Source: an uncultured virus (IMG/VR IMGVR_UViG_3300015610_000939) (lineage: Duplodnaviria > Heunggongvirae > Uroviricota > Caudoviricetes). From it: a DNA stretch of 64,000 nucleotides. The stretch is from the IMG/VR virus record IMGVR_UViG_3300015610_000939; one strand, written 5' to 3'. The position numbers were made by a program, and so were the translations under genes. The stretch's first letter is position 1. The number at the start of each line of letters is the position of its first letter. Below are positions 38,913 through 49,664 of this stretch, piece after piece. The notes below the pieces were generated by a model that saw only the letters and a list, made by a program, of their open reading frames with translations, ran no database searches and had not been told where the DNA came from.

Positions 38913-39193
38913 CCGTCAATCCTCTCCAGGACTTCGACCATCGTGTCGAAGGTGTCCTTGTGGTCAACCTTTTCCTTGACCGCAACGACACGCATAGCAG
39001 CCTTGAGGGCCTTCATGTCGAGCTTGTCCTTGTACTCCTCCATCAGGTCCTTCTCGTCCTGCTTCAGGAGTTCCTGTTCGTTCTTGATGCGCTTCATCTT
39101 CTCCACAAACTCTTGGATGATTGGCTCCAGGTCCGAGATGCTGCTCGGCATTGTGTCTGCGCCCATACCTTCATCTTCTGCTCTTCGTACCAT
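38909..39193 (-). CDS. small dsDNA-binding protein (T4 DsbA / GapR-like)
   Basis: EFVEKMKRIKNEQELLKQDEKDLMEEYKDKLDMKALKAAMRV coiled-coil pattern; GAGG SD. Confidence 0.55.
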   Translation of the reverse strand: MVRRAEDEGMGADTMPSSISDLEPIIQEFVEKMKRIKNEQELLKQDEKDLMEEYKDKLDMKALKAAMRVVAVKEKVDHKDTFDTMVEVLERIDG

Positions 39194-39320
39194 GTTGTAC
39201 CTCGACGCCCAATCTAACGGACAGACGGGGAGCTGTATACCACGAAGGAAAAAAATAGTCCTACACCCCTCAAAAACGGGTAGTGGAGGATAACCAAGAA
39301 GAGAAGACGAAGGGGATCTT

Positions 39321-40295
39321 CTATTTCATAGAAAGGAGGGTCTTGATCCCCCCTTGGAGCTCGGCCTGAGCTTCAGGGTATTGGGCGGCAAGCTCTTGCA
39401 TCTTCTTAACCCAGAAGTCCCTGTAAATCTCCTTGAGCTTTGGCACCATAGCTTGAGCAACGATAGGATTGTCCTGGGGAGGTACCTGTCCGCTTTGGTT
39501 CAACTGCTTCAGAGCTTGACCGATCTGTGCAAACCCTTGATCGTTCCTTGCTAGCCTTCGGAGCTCGTCATAGGACTTGGCGCTCATGAATCGTTTGACG
39601 TGGTCGACAATGACATTCACCCCATCTTGACGCATCTGTCGAGCCAGAGGGCTTTTCTGGAATGCAGCCTGGACCTTTTTGTCCTTGAGGATCTTGAGGA
39701 TCTCAGAGCTGTCTCCAGCTTCCTTGGCTTCCGTAACCCAACCATCGTCAGCATACCCACCACCCTGAGTTGCCCAAGCCCCTGCACTGTGTCCGCCTGG
39801 GTCATGGAACCCCACATTAGCAACACCGGAGATAGCCTTCTGGACATCTCCAAAGATCGCCGAGTCCCCCAGGAAGATTCCGATAATCTTCAAAGCAGCG
39901 GCAGGAACCTTTGCTGCCAACTGAGCAGCGAGGATAGTGCTTGGAGCAAGAAGGAAGGCTAGACCAAAGGCATCATTGGATGTGATGGCATCCAGGTTGG
40001 CCTGAAGTGTCTTCCCGTACTTCTTTTTGAGGTCATCTACCTTCTTCTTTTCATCTTCCCGGAAGGACTCATAGTCAAATTCCAAGAACGGGACAAAGAG
40101 GGTGGGTAGTCCATAGAGGAAACCCTTGACAACCGTTTGCACCTGGGTTGAGAGCCTCTCAATCCCGTAGGCGGCGGTGATACCAACGTCAACAAATGGC
40201 TGAATGAACGTGTTGTAGAGGTCATTCTCTCCTTCGGCTTCAAGGAGGGCTTCCACAAGCTCCCGTACTTGCTTGTTTCTTGAATCTTGCTTCAT
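39321..40295 (-). CDS. hypothetical protein with N-terminal leader
   Basis: 324 aa; RELVEALLE leader-like segment. Confidence 0.7.
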   Translation of the reverse strand: MKQDSRNKQVRELVEALLEAEGENDLYNTFIQPFVDVGITAAYGIERLSTQVQTVVKGFLYGLPTLFVPFLEFDYESFREDEKKKVDDLKKKYGKTLQANLDAITSNDAFGLAFLLAPSTILAAQLAAKVPAAALKIIGIFLGDSAIFGDVQKAISGVANVGFHDPGGHSAGAWATQGGGYADDGWVTEAKEAGDSSEILKILKDKKVQAAFQKSPLARQMRQDGVNVIVDHVKRFMSAKSYDELRRLARNDQGFAQIGQALKQLNQSGQVPPQDNPIVAQAMVPKLKEIYRDFWVKKMQELAAQYPEAQAELQGGIKTLLSMK

Positions 40296-40626
40296 TGGGG
40301 CGCTTTCGTCTCTGCTCGTTAAGTAGGACCAGCGCCCACCCCTTTTTCTTTTGTTCCCACCCAGGGTCGTGTAGCTTTGCTGGATCTAGCTCCAGCTTTA
40401 CCCCCGTCTCTTGCTCCCAGTATTCCATCACCGCTCTGTCGAAGTCATTCAAGGTGTGCTTCTTTGTACAGGGGTGTCTCGCTGAGAATAGTGCCCGAGA
40501 CGGGGTGGGGAAGTTGTTAATCAATTGGCGCTTGATGATCAGGTAATCGGCTGTTGTATCCCCGATATACCCAATCACCTCATTGATGCGTTCTTTCAAA
40601 AAGGGCGGGATGGTTTCCATTGGCAC
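40240..40626 (-). CDS. hypothetical protein
   Basis: 128 aa ORF, GTG start. Confidence 0.55.
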   Translation of the reverse strand: MPMETIPPFLKERINEVIGYIGDTTADYLIIKRQLINNFPTPSRALFSARHPCTKKHTLNDFDRAVMEYWEQETGVKLELDPAKLHDPGWEQKKKGWALVLLNEQRRKRPNEARFKKQASTGACGSPP

Positions 40627-40762
40627 TTAACGGTCGCACTTTCTGCGACTCTATTTAGGACCATCCTGGGATTCCCACAATGGCCGCTCATCTATAGGAT
40701 AGTCCAGAAATTGGCATACTTCCAGACAACTCGTGTTGTGGCCGGGAATATAGAGAAATAAC

Positions 40763-42874
40763 ATGGCTGCACCGCGTGATGATTCCTTTTTCAATCGCCT
40801 GACAAGGCTTTTTCGTTCTGGCCCATCTGTCCGTCGCAAGATTCGTGGCTACGACGACTCTGGCTACTACGACAAACAAGCAGTTTTGGCTGCAAGGTCA
40901 GGTTCAGGGAATGGAATGATCCCTTTCCGCAAGGGAACTTCCCACAACTCCCCCTTCTCGATGCTTGGCGGATCGGACATTATGGCCCGAATGACCCGCT
41001 ACATGGAGTATGCGGAAATGGAGTACACCCCTGTCATGTCGAAAGCCTTGGATGTTCAGGCTGACGAAGCTTGCTCTGGGGACGAGAATGGAAAGAACTT
41101 CCACATCTACTCCGACAACCCGGACATCAAGGAAGCTCTTTCTGAGCTCTTCTACGACATCCTGAACGTGGACTTCAACTTGAGGGTCTGGATCAGGAAC
41201 CTATTGAAATATGGAGACCTATTCCTCTACAACGAAGTAGCCCCAGGTATCGGCGTTGTCAATGTCATGGCCTTGAATGTCAATGAAGTGGAGCGAGACG
41301 AGGGGTATGATGCAAATGACCCCTACGCTGTCCGCTTCCGTTGGCACAAGAATGGACAGAAGGTGTTGGAGAACTGGCAGGTTACCCACTTCCGTATCCT
41401 TGGAAACGATCAGTTTGCTCCCTATGGAACTTCTGTCCTGGAGTCAGCTCGTAGGATTTGGCGTCAGTACGTGATGATGCTCGACGCAATGTTGGTTTAC
41501 CGCCTTGTTCGCTCTCCAGAGCGCAGGGTGTTCTACGTTGACGTTGGAACTGTTGCCCCAAATGACATTCCAAACTACATGAACACCATCATGTCCACCA
41601 TCAGGGGACAGACGGCAGTGGACAAGGAAACAGGCCGCCTTGATGAGAGGTTCAACCCAACAGACGTTCTTGAGGACTACATCGTCCCTGTCCGTGGAGC
41701 CAACTCTGGCACCAAGATCGACACCCTCCAAGGTGGAACCCACCAGACGGCTACAGAAGACATTGAAATCATCCAATCCCAGCTCTTTGCTGCCTTGGGT
41801 GTTCCAAAAGCCTATCTTGGATACGACGAGATGCTTTCTTCCAAGGCAACCTTGGCCCAAGAGGATATCAGGTTCTCCAGGACGATTCAAATCTACCAGA
41901 AGATCATCATTTCCGAGCTGAACAAGCTTGCAATCCTTCACCTCTACGCCAAGGGCTTCGAGGGAGAGGACTTGATTGACTTCCAGCTTCGTCTTTCCAA
42001 TCCTTCCTCTGTTGCACTTCAACAGAAGTTGGACCTCTGGAAGACAAAGATCGACATTATCGGAGCTGTTGACCAAATCGAAACTCGATTCCTTCCAATG
42101 GAATGGCTCTACAAGGAAATTCTTGGTTTTACCGAGGACGAAGTCAAGGGACTCAGGGAGAAGCTCAAGGCAGACAAACGCTTTGCCGTCGAGCTTGATT
42201 CTATTGTTGACGCCGACACCACGGGAGAGAATACCGTTGATCCATTCGACGGTTCGACCTATCTGCCCCCAGGTGGCTCCCAAACAGCGGACACGTCACT
42301 TCCTTCACCTCCAGTGAATTCTTCCCTTCCTGGGGCTCCTGCTTCGCCCAATGCCCCACCTGACGCTGCCCCTTCCACTGTCTCCCCTGTGGCTTTGAAG
42401 CTGAGCCAGGGAGAGGTTCCAATCAAGGTTAATCCTCAAGTCAGGATGGACAAGAGGAATGCGAGAAGAAGGAAGAGCGATCTTGCCATCCAAGCGGATC
42501 AACCAGACTTCGCTGCGATGTTGAATCCTGGGAAGAACACTTCTCTCCGGGATCTCTATGACAAGAACTTTTTGGACGATCCTCTCTCGGAGCAAATCAG
42601 GAAGGATCTTCGTGGCGTCAGGAGCAACCTCTCCAGGGATGTGAAGAAGATGCTGGAGCGCTTTGACCAAGTTAAGGGGCGCAAGAAGATGCTCGCAGAA
42701 AAGGAAGCCCCAGCTCCAACTGATGATGTGCTCGTTGATATTATCGGAGAAGAGGAGCTCGACCTCGGCGATATTCTGGTCGAAGAAACAGCCTCAACCA
42801 ATCAAAATGTCCCAACTTTCGCTGTGTTGGCAGAGCTTGGTTTGGAAATCAAGGAGCCCGAATCAGAGACTTGA
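40763..42874 (+). CDS. portal protein (T4 gp20-like)
   Basis: YGDLF, HFR, YGTSVLE, DAMLVYRLVRSPERRVFYVDVG, LEDYIVPVRG, TLQGG, ALGVPKAYL, DIRFSRTI. Confidence 0.95.
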   Translation: MAAPRDDSFFNRLTRLFRSGPSVRRKIRGYDDSGYYDKQAVLAARSGSGNGMIPFRKGTSHNSPFSMLGGSDIMARMTRYMEYAEMEYTPVMSKALDVQADEACSGDENGKNFHIYSDNPDIKEALSELFYDILNVDFNLRVWIRNLLKYGDLFLYNEVAPGIGVVNVMALNVNEVERDEGYDANDPYAVRFRWHKNGQKVLENWQVTHFRILGNDQFAPYGTSVLESARRIWRQYVMMLDAMLVYRLVRSPERRVFYVDVGTVAPNDIPNYMNTIMSTIRGQTAVDKETGRLDERFNPTDVLEDYIVPVRGANSGTKIDTLQGGTHQTATEDIEIIQSQLFAALGVPKAYLGYDEMLSSKATLAQEDIRFSRTIQIYQKIIISELNKLAILHLYAKGFEGEDLIDFQLRLSNPSSVALQQKLDLWKTKIDIIGAVDQIETRFLPMEWLYKEILGFTEDEVKGLREKLKADKRFAVELDSIVDADTTGENTVDPFDGSTYLPPGGSQTADTSLPSPPVNSSLPGAPASPNAPPDAAPSTVSPVALKLSQGEVPIKVNPQVRMDKRNARRRKSDLAIQADQPDFAAMLNPGKNTSLRDLYDKNFLDDPLSEQIRKDLRGVRSNLSRDVKKMLERFDQVKGRKKMLAEKEAPAPTDDVLVDIIGEEELDLGDILVEETASTNQNVPTFAVLAELGLEIKEPESET

Positions 42875-42961
42875 GAGCAAGTTCTGGTTTTTGCCAAAAT
42901 GAGCCAGCTAATTAGAGGCAACACCAAGGCGCGAGGGCAAACCTCGAAGGAATCTCCTGAA

Positions 42962-43840
42962 ATGTTGAAGTCCACAACCCTGAAGCACAATAAGAAGCGA
43001 AATGTCGGCCTCCTGAACGAGTTCTTTGCTCGTTATATCGCCAAGGCTATCCTTGAGAAGAGGGACGGTGACATTGAGCAAGCGAAAGCCCTCTATGCCC
43101 GTCACTTCCAAAAGGGCACAGAGCTGAGCCGGGAGCTTCGGTTGTTCACGAACCTTTTTGAGACCCGTGTGGAGTCGAGGGAGGCAGCAAATTCTTTGCT
43201 TGCCCAGGTAAAGGAAGCTTGCAAGCTTCAATCCCAAGCTAGGATTGACCTGGAGAAGACAGCTCTTCTCCACGAAATCAATCAAACCTTCGGGGAGTGC
43301 AACTTCTTTGATCAGGAGATTGTTGAATATCGTGATTGCGCGACCATTCAAGTCCTCTTGAACCACTGGCGCGGGAGGATTGTTACGGAGAACCTCAGTG
43401 AGGCAGCTCAACTGGAAGACAAGCTCCTGAACAGGTTGGTTAGCAAGCTTCCTGTCGCTGAGAGCAAGTCCTTGAACATGCAGGAATCTGAGGTTGACGG
43501 GCTGGTTGTGAACCTGATGATTCAGAAGTTCAACCAAAGATTCGGCACCATGCTCAACGAGGAGCAGAAGAAGCTTCTTCGCCTCTATGTCTTCTCAAAG
43601 GACAATGTTTCCTCTAAGGAAGAGTTGATCAAGCTCCTGGAGGGTTTGAAAGAGAAGTCCTCTAAGTTGTTGGAGACAGCTATCCTCCGGGACAAGGACG
43701 CTCAGAAGGTAAAGACCAAGCTGACCGAGGTAAAGCAGATGCTCCAGGAAACCTACCAGGACACCAGCAATCTCGACGATTCTCTGGTCACCTTCTACAT
43801 GTCAATTTCCAAGCTCAACGAGGAGCTCTCCAATGAGTAA
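42962..43840 (+). CDS. hypothetical head-module protein
   Basis: KHNKKRN N-terminus; between portal and protease; AAGGA SD; CTAATTA at 42908. Confidence 0.7.
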   Translation: MLKSTTLKHNKKRNVGLLNEFFARYIAKAILEKRDGDIEQAKALYARHFQKGTELSRELRLFTNLFETRVESREAANSLLAQVKEACKLQSQARIDLEKTALLHEINQTFGECNFFDQEIVEYRDCATIQVLLNHWRGRIVTENLSEAAQLEDKLLNRLVSKLPVAESKSLNMQESEVDGLVVNLMIQKFNQRFGTMLNEEQKKLLRLYVFSKDNVSSKEELIKLLEGLKEKSSKLLETAILRDKDAQKVKTKLTEVKQMLQETYQDTSNLDDSLVTFYMSISKLNEELSNE

Positions 43841-44456
43841 GCTGCTTTTGCAAGAATTCGCCCAGTTCGATTACAAGAAACCAACTGACGAGGAAGGCAA
43901 GCCTCGCCTTTCCAAGTACGGGAACATCCTTGTCAGGGGTGTTATCCAGAGAGCCGACGCCCTCAACCAAAATGGTAGGGTTTACCCAAAGCACATCCTG
44001 GAAAGAGAAGTGCGCAACTACATGACCATGGTCAAGGAGCGTAGGGCAACTGGAGAACTGGACCACGCTGATTCACCATCCGTGAACCTTCAGAATGCTT
44101 CCCACCTTATCACGGATATTTGGTGGGAGGGGAATGACCTCTGGGGAGAGATTGAGGTTCTTGAGGACCTTGATCAAGGAAGAAACCTCAAGGGGCTCCT
44201 GAAGAATGACGTGAAGGTTGGAATCTCTTCCCGAGCTCTTGGATCGGTTGAGAAGCTCCCCGATGTCGATATCGTTCAAGAAGACCTTTACCTTGTTTGC
44301 TGGGACATTGTCTCTGAGCCGTCCACCCATGGGGCATTCATGATGAAGGAAGCCAAGAGCTTCTCTGACGATGAGGTTCGCCGAATCATGAGCAAATCGG
44401 ACCGTATTGATCGTGCAGCCAACGAAATTCTTGCTTTGAAGGGTAAGCGCAAATGA
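43833..44456 (+). CDS. prohead protease (T4 gp21-like)
   Basis: NQNGRVYP, GELDH, SH, GISSRALGS, DIVSEPS. Confidence 0.95.
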   Translation: MSKLLLQEFAQFDYKKPTDEEGKPRLSKYGNILVRGVIQRADALNQNGRVYPKHILEREVRNYMTMVKERRATGELDHADSPSVNLQNASHLITDIWWEGNDLWGEIEVLEDLDQGRNLKGLLKNDVKVGISSRALGSVEKLPDVDIVQEDLYLVCWDIVSEPSTHGAFMMKEAKSFSDDEVRRIMSKSDRIDRAANEILALKGKRK

Positions 44457-44875
44457 AATTGAACCGTTCCGAACTGAAGTCAATCATCAAGGAGTGTCTC
44501 CTGGAACTTGCACAGGAAGGAAAGCTTTCTTTTGCCTCCAAGAGTGACTCGTTGAACGAAATCAAGAATCCACAAGCAGGCCAGGGCACTGGTGGTATTG
44601 GAAACAGCCGTCTTCAAGCTGCTGTGGAACTTACCACACGTCTCTTGGCTGGTAAAGATCCTGCTAAGGCTTCCATGTACGAGTCGATCGTTGCTGATAC
44701 CGCTCGTACAACTCTCCAAAAGCAATTGGCTGCTGGTACATCGGGTGCTGGAATTCTGACTGAAGCCGCTGTTTCTACAGAAGAGCGTCAGTTCGATCAA
44801 GCTCAGCTTGGACAGTTCGAGGCAAAGGACCGCTGGGCTCTCTTGGCATTCGCTGGAAAGTCGAAAAGCTCGTAG
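44453..44875 (+). CDS. hypothetical protein with N-terminal leader
   Basis: MKLNRSELKSIIKECLLE. Confidence 0.7.
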   Translation: MKLNRSELKSIIKECLLELAQEGKLSFASKSDSLNEIKNPQAGQGTGGIGNSRLQAAVELTTRLLAGKDPAKASMYESIVADTARTTLQKQLAAGTSGAGILTEAAVSTEERQFDQAQLGQFEAKDRWALLAFAGKSKSS

Positions 44876-44906
44876 GGAGATATTTAGCTCCAAAGGGTAA
44901 GTTCAA

Positions 44907-45401
44907 ATGCCGTCCCACCGTCAACTCCTCACATCTCCTCAACCAAAGGCCGGTGGCGCATCCACTGGACTTGGCACTTTTTCCCCTGGCAGCGCAGACT
45001 ACGCTTCCCTTCGTGAGTCCTTCCCTGGCTCTCCAGCCTATGACGGTTCTTACGAAGATGAGAAGGTTGTTGCCAAGTACGAAGAAGTCAACCTGTCTCC
45101 TCTGAACGACGGTGGCCATACCTTTGGTTTGGTCAAGACGGATTTCTCGGATTCCCCTGACCTTACCACGGTTGCAACTGGTGGTGGTGGACTTCCCGGA
45201 ACTCCATATGGTCCAAACCCATCGTCCCCAGGACCGGGTTTGAACCCAACAAACATCCCTCACAGGGATGCAGCCTCTATCCGCGTTGGTGGTGGTGGTG
45301 CAGGTGTGGGTGATGGTCTTGCTAACCCAGCAAATACCAGGGTGAACATTGCTCGTCAGAAGATTGGCAATCTCATTTTTGGTAAATCCACCCCTCGTTG
45401 A
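44907..45401 (+). CDS. Gly/Pro-rich hypothetical head protein
   Basis: 164 aa; ATATTTA at 44880. Confidence 0.65.
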   Translation: MPSHRQLLTSPQPKAGGASTGLGTFSPGSADYASLRESFPGSPAYDGSYEDEKVVAKYEEVNLSPLNDGGHTFGLVKTDFSDSPDLTTVATGGGGLPGTPYGPNPSSPGPGLNPTNIPHRDAASIRVGGGGAGVGDGLANPANTRVNIARQKIGNLIFGKSTPR

Positions 45402-45426
45402 TTCTACCTACCCCTAAGAGGTCATA

Positions 45427-47604
45427 ATGTCGTCAATTTTCGAAGAAGCGCTGCTTGAAGCAAAGAAGTTGCGTCAAGTTGCTGAAGAGGATGCAAAGAA
45501 CACCCTCATTCAGGAGATGACTCCTGCAATTCGGAAGATTATCGCAAGCCAGCTTGCAGGTAAGTCCAGCATGCTCTTCGAAGAAGAGCTCCCTGGAGCT
45601 GATCCTGTTGCCCCTGTGACTCCCGAGTCAGAAGTGTCTGCTGATCCTACCGGTGACGCTTCTATGCCCGCTCCTGTGTCTCCTGAGCCACCAGCAAGTG
45701 GGCAGGGTGCCGCACCTATTAAGGTGGCAGGCGCAGAGGTAATGAACATGCCAATGCCAGGACCAGATGGAAAGCTGGTCATTGACTTGGATGATCTCTT
45801 CGTCCCAGCCGAGCCAGGATCGGAAACCTCTGATGAAGGTTCCGGTTCCGCCGAAGCTCCCGCAGAGATTCCAGGTGGTATGCCTTCACCAACTCCAGTC
45901 GACGTGAACCCAAGTGGTTCTGCTGAGCCTTCAGTTGACGGAGAAGTTCCTCCCGCCGCAGGACAAGAGATGGTACCACCAGCACCACCTCCAGCAGAGG
46001 AAGCACCTCCAGCAGAGGAACCAACCATGGAGGAAACCTACGAGCTCTTTACAGAGAAGCTCGGAAAGGCTGCTTCTCAGATTCACCAAGCATATTCCTC
46101 CAAGACCGGAGTTCCGTCCTTGGTGAAGGAAGCTCTTCAGGAAAGGCTGTTCCAGCTCCTGGAATCCCTGGAAACCTTGAACAGCAAAAACCTCATTTCT
46201 CCTCGTCTCAACCAAATTCAAGAGACCCGTTTGGAGATTTTGCACCGCAAACTGAAAGAAGCGGTTGTGGCTAATACTTATCACAGAACAGAAGAAGGAA
46301 CCGGAACTGACATGGCAAGCAAGTCTCTCAAGGAAATGGCTGCAAAGTTGCTCGCAGAGAGCGATTCGGTGAAGGGTGGTCCCGTTACATCTCCCGCTGA
46401 TGTCCACAAGACAGAAGTCTCGATGAAGGTTGACAACTCGAATGACGCCGCTGCTGACAAGGCAGGATCGCACGCCATGAAGGTTACCGAGCCAACAGTG
46501 ACACTCAAGACTGAGTCGGCTGAGGCACAGGCACAGGCTGCTCTTGCAGAGGAGCTTGCAGCTCTTGTTGCAGAGGGTTCTGGAGACTCGCTTGCTGCCA
46601 AGGATGGCGAGCAGGATCTTGCTGGTGCCGCTTCGACAATCCCTGACAAGAAGGTTGGCCAAGTTGACCCAACCAAGAGCACGGCTGCAAGCAAGACCAA
46701 TCCAGCTTCGCACGTTCAGGGTGTTTCCGAGAACATCGAACACTCGAAGGACACGGGTTCGGAGGAAGAAGTTGGCAAGACTTCGACTGGCCACCCAATG
46801 AAAAAGGAATCCGTTGCAGTTTCCTCGAAGGCTCTTGCTAAGCAGACCAAGAAGATCAAGGCCGAGGCTTTGAAGAAGCAAATTGCTGCACTTCAGGAGC
46901 AACTGAAGGAATGCGGAATGCCAATGGAAGGCGGCGACGCTCTCCCAACTCCTGGCGCTCCTGGAATGGGAGTTATGTCGGAGGATGAGGGAACCGTGAT
47001 CAACTTCAACTTTGATCTTGCCGACCTCGTTCCAGAGCTTTCGGGCCTTGGGGACGACGATGAGATTGAAGTCGTCGATGATATGCCTTCTTCGGATGAG
47101 CCAAGCTCGCTTGGTGTTGGATCGGCTGATGCCGGTGCCGACGACGACGGCGACGACGTGGATTTGGACCTCGATGGCGACGATGACGAGCCAGAGGACA
47201 AGGGACCACTTGCTGAGAGCAAGAAGCGTCCTGTTACGGCGAAGATCGTGAAGGAGAATAGAGAGCTCCGTTCGAGTCTTGCCGATCAAAAGCTGTTCAA
47301 CGCAAAGCTGGTTCATTTCCAGCCTTTCGTGAATAACCGAAATCTGACCAAGGAACAGAAGCAGAAAATTGCGGAGCACCTGGACAGAGGGACATCGCTT
47401 GAGGAAGTCAAGGCAATCTACAACCGCGTGAAGGTTGTGGTTGAGGGAATGCAGAAGGTTTCTTCGAAGGCAGGAAGCTCTTCGAAGGCAGGTGTAACCG
47501 CTGCTGCTCCTCTCAACGAATCTGCCAACCCATACGAGGGAGCAACCCTGGTGGAAGCAGAGAAGAACCGTTTGATGCAACTTGCTGGAATCAAGCGCAA
47601 GTAA
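45427..47604 (+). CDS. prohead scaffold/core protein (gp22-like position)
   Basis: Acidic, Pro-rich, helical ends, many LxE sites, ends RLMQLAGI; directly upstream of the MCP. Confidence 0.75.
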   Translation: MSSIFEEALLEAKKLRQVAEEDAKNTLIQEMTPAIRKIIASQLAGKSSMLFEEELPGADPVAPVTPESEVSADPTGDASMPAPVSPEPPASGQGAAPIKVAGAEVMNMPMPGPDGKLVIDLDDLFVPAEPGSETSDEGSGSAEAPAEIPGGMPSPTPVDVNPSGSAEPSVDGEVPPAAGQEMVPPAPPPAEEAPPAEEPTMEETYELFTEKLGKAASQIHQAYSSKTGVPSLVKEALQERLFQLLESLETLNSKNLISPRLNQIQETRLEILHRKLKEAVVANTYHRTEEGTGTDMASKSLKEMAAKLLAESDSVKGGPVTSPADVHKTEVSMKVDNSNDAAADKAGSHAMKVTEPTVTLKTESAEAQAQAALAEELAALVAEGSGDSLAAKDGEQDLAGAASTIPDKKVGQVDPTKSTAASKTNPASHVQGVSENIEHSKDTGSEEEVGKTSTGHPMKKESVAVSSKALAKQTKKIKAEALKKQIAALQEQLKECGMPMEGGDALPTPGAPGMGVMSEDEGTVINFNFDLADLVPELSGLGDDDEIEVVDDMPSSDEPSSLGVGSADAGADDDGDDVDLDLDGDDDEPEDKGPLAESKKRPVTAKIVKENRELRSSLADQKLFNAKLVHFQPFVNNRNLTKEQKQKIAEHLDRGTSLEEVKAIYNRVKVVVEGMQKVSSKAGSSSKAGVTAAAPLNESANPYEGATLVEAEKNRLMQLAGIKRK

Positions 47605-47606
47605 CT

Positions 47607-47613
47607 CTACTTA
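47607..47613 (+). promoter_or_regulatory. putative late promoter CTACTTA of the major capsid gene
   Basis: Instance of the (C/A)TANTTA motif. Confidence 0.65.
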
Positions 47614-47638
47614 GCAAAAAGGAATATCGGAGTAAACG

Positions 47639-49552
47639 ATGAAAACTTTCTCACTTTCGCAATTGGCAGAGGGCGTGAACCGCCGTTCGCTTGGAGCCGA
47701 CGCTCCAAGGCTCCTGTCCAAGTGGTCTGCAACAGGACTTCTTGAGGGTCTTTCCGGTGTCCAGAAGGAGAGCCTCTCTCGCCTTCTTGAGAACCAGACT
47801 GCACAGCTCATCCAGGAGTCCAACGCCATCTCGACAGGTGGCGCTGCTCTGACTTCCTCGGGTCAGATTGCAGGCTTCTCGAACGTTGCCTTCCCTATCG
47901 TTCGTAGGGTCTTTGCTGGCCTCGTCGCCAACGAAGTGGTTTCGGTTCAGCCAATGAGCCTTCCTTCGGGACTGCTCTTCTACTTGGATTACACCTACGG
48001 CTCGAACGTTGGTGGTGATGCAGGTCTGAGCCTTTCGACCTCGGCAACGGCTGACACCTACAAGAGGGCAACCTCGGTGTACGGTCTTCCAACTGGAGCC
48101 TCGATTCGTTCGGGTGCAACTCCTGCTGGTGGCCAGTACGACCTCGTGGGAACAGGATTCTCCAAGGTTCATAAGGGTGCTTTGAACATCGCCGGCTCGA
48201 CTGACTCGGTTGGTTACTGGCTCTCGGGCTCGACCTGGACCACAGGAACCACGGCAGTTGTCGCTTCGTCGGCTGACTGGACAGGCTACAACGCCCGCTA
48301 CGCTGGTTTCCGTTCGGACATTGAGAATGGTCTCACCGATGGCAGCTTCGATTTCTGCTTCATGTTCGTCTCGGCCTCCGAGCTTACAGGCAAGATTTCG
48401 GGACTTGATCTCAACTCGCTTGACCAAATTGCAATCACCGGCTTCGGCTCGGCAGGCAACTCGGTCACAGCTTGGGGTGATAGCTTCCAGGGTGGTCTTG
48501 GCGTCCTCAACCTCCGTGCCTTGAACAGGCGTGGAGACTGGAACGCATCGACGGGTCTCTTCACACCAAACCCACTTGGCGGAAGCCACGTTATGTTTGT
48601 GCTGAAGATCGCCAACGCAGGAACGGCTCCACAGCCTGCTGGCACAGCTTCGACCTACATCTCTGGTTCGGCAGCAATCAGCGACGCACTTTCGGTTGGT
48701 TCCGAGGGCACGACCCTTACGGTTCCATCGTTCGAAACGGACTTCGCAATTGACTCCTCGCCAAGGATTCCAGAAGTTGACATCAAGATCGAAGGCGTGT
48801 CGGTTACGGCTACAACCCGTAAGCTCCGCGCTCGCTGGTCGCCAGAGATGGCACAGGACTTGACAGCTTTCTACTCCATCGACGTGGAAGTGGAGCTGAC
48901 CAACATCCTCAGCGAAATGATCACGCTCGACATCGACCGTGAAATCTTGAACGATCTCCTCACACAAGCCAGCGCAGCAAACCTGTACTGGTCGCGTGCT
49001 CCAGGACGTATCGTCAACAAGCAGACGGGTGCAGAGGCTCTTCACAACAACGTTCTTGCTCCAGGACCACAGTTCTTCGGAAATGTGCGTGAGTGGTACG
49101 AGACTTTGATGGAGACCATCACGGATGCAGCCAACACGATCCACAGGAAGACACTCCGTGGAAGCGGAAACTTCATCATCACCTCGCCAGACGTGGCAAC
49201 GATCTTCGAGCACCTTGTGGCCTACAAGCCAGCATACAAGGTTGACTCGGACGGCCAAGTCAAGGAGAGCATGACGATCGGTGCCGAGGCAATCGGTACG
49301 CTGAACAACAGGTACGTGGTCTACAAGGACCCATACTTCCCAACGAACAAGATTCTTTTGGGATTGAAGGGTAACACCTTCCTGGAGTCCGGCTACATCT
49401 ACGCTCCATACGTTCCTTTGATCCTCACTCCTGTGATCTACGCACAGGAAGACTTCACTCCTCGCAAGGGTGTGATGACACGCTACGGCAAGAAGATGGT
49501 TCGCGCCGACTTCTACGCTACGGTTACGGTTCTCGATATGAACCTCATCTGA
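47639..49552 (+). CDS. major capsid protein (T4 gp23-like)
   Basis: KWSATGLLEGL, LLENQ, FPIVRRVF, VSVQPMSLPSGLLFYLD, TRKLRARWSPEMAQDL, IDREIL, YAPYVPL, MTRYG. Confidence 0.97.
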   Translation: MKTFSLSQLAEGVNRRSLGADAPRLLSKWSATGLLEGLSGVQKESLSRLLENQTAQLIQESNAISTGGAALTSSGQIAGFSNVAFPIVRRVFAGLVANEVVSVQPMSLPSGLLFYLDYTYGSNVGGDAGLSLSTSATADTYKRATSVYGLPTGASIRSGATPAGGQYDLVGTGFSKVHKGALNIAGSTDSVGYWLSGSTWTTGTTAVVASSADWTGYNARYAGFRSDIENGLTDGSFDFCFMFVSASELTGKISGLDLNSLDQIAITGFGSAGNSVTAWGDSFQGGLGVLNLRALNRRGDWNASTGLFTPNPLGGSHVMFVLKIANAGTAPQPAGTASTYISGSAAISDALSVGSEGTTLTVPSFETDFAIDSSPRIPEVDIKIEGVSVTATTRKLRARWSPEMAQDLTAFYSIDVEVELTNILSEMITLDIDREILNDLLTQASAANLYWSRAPGRIVNKQTGAEALHNNVLAPGPQFFGNVREWYETLMETITDAANTIHRKTLRGSGNFIITSPDVATIFEHLVAYKPAYKVDSDGQVKESMTIGAEAIGTLNNRYVVYKDPYFPTNKILLGLKGNTFLESGYIYAPYVPLILTPVIYAQEDFTPRKGVMTRYGKKMVRADFYATVTVLDMNLI

Positions 49553-49630
49553 TCCTTCGGGATCTTAGCTCCCGGTAGAGGGAGCGTCAAGACCCTCGGT
49601 GCTTTTTGCATCGGGGGTTTTGTGCATTTT
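49551..49630 (+). terminator. three consecutive hairpins ending in an intrinsic terminator after the MCP gene
   Basis: GATCC-TTCG-GGATC; GCTCCC-N6-GGGAGC; AAGACCCTCGGTGC-TTTTT-GCATCGGGGGTTTT followed by a T-rich tract. Confidence 0.75.
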
Positions 49631-49664
49631 GGCCTCTCTCTTACAGCCTTTCCGTGAGGAAAAG

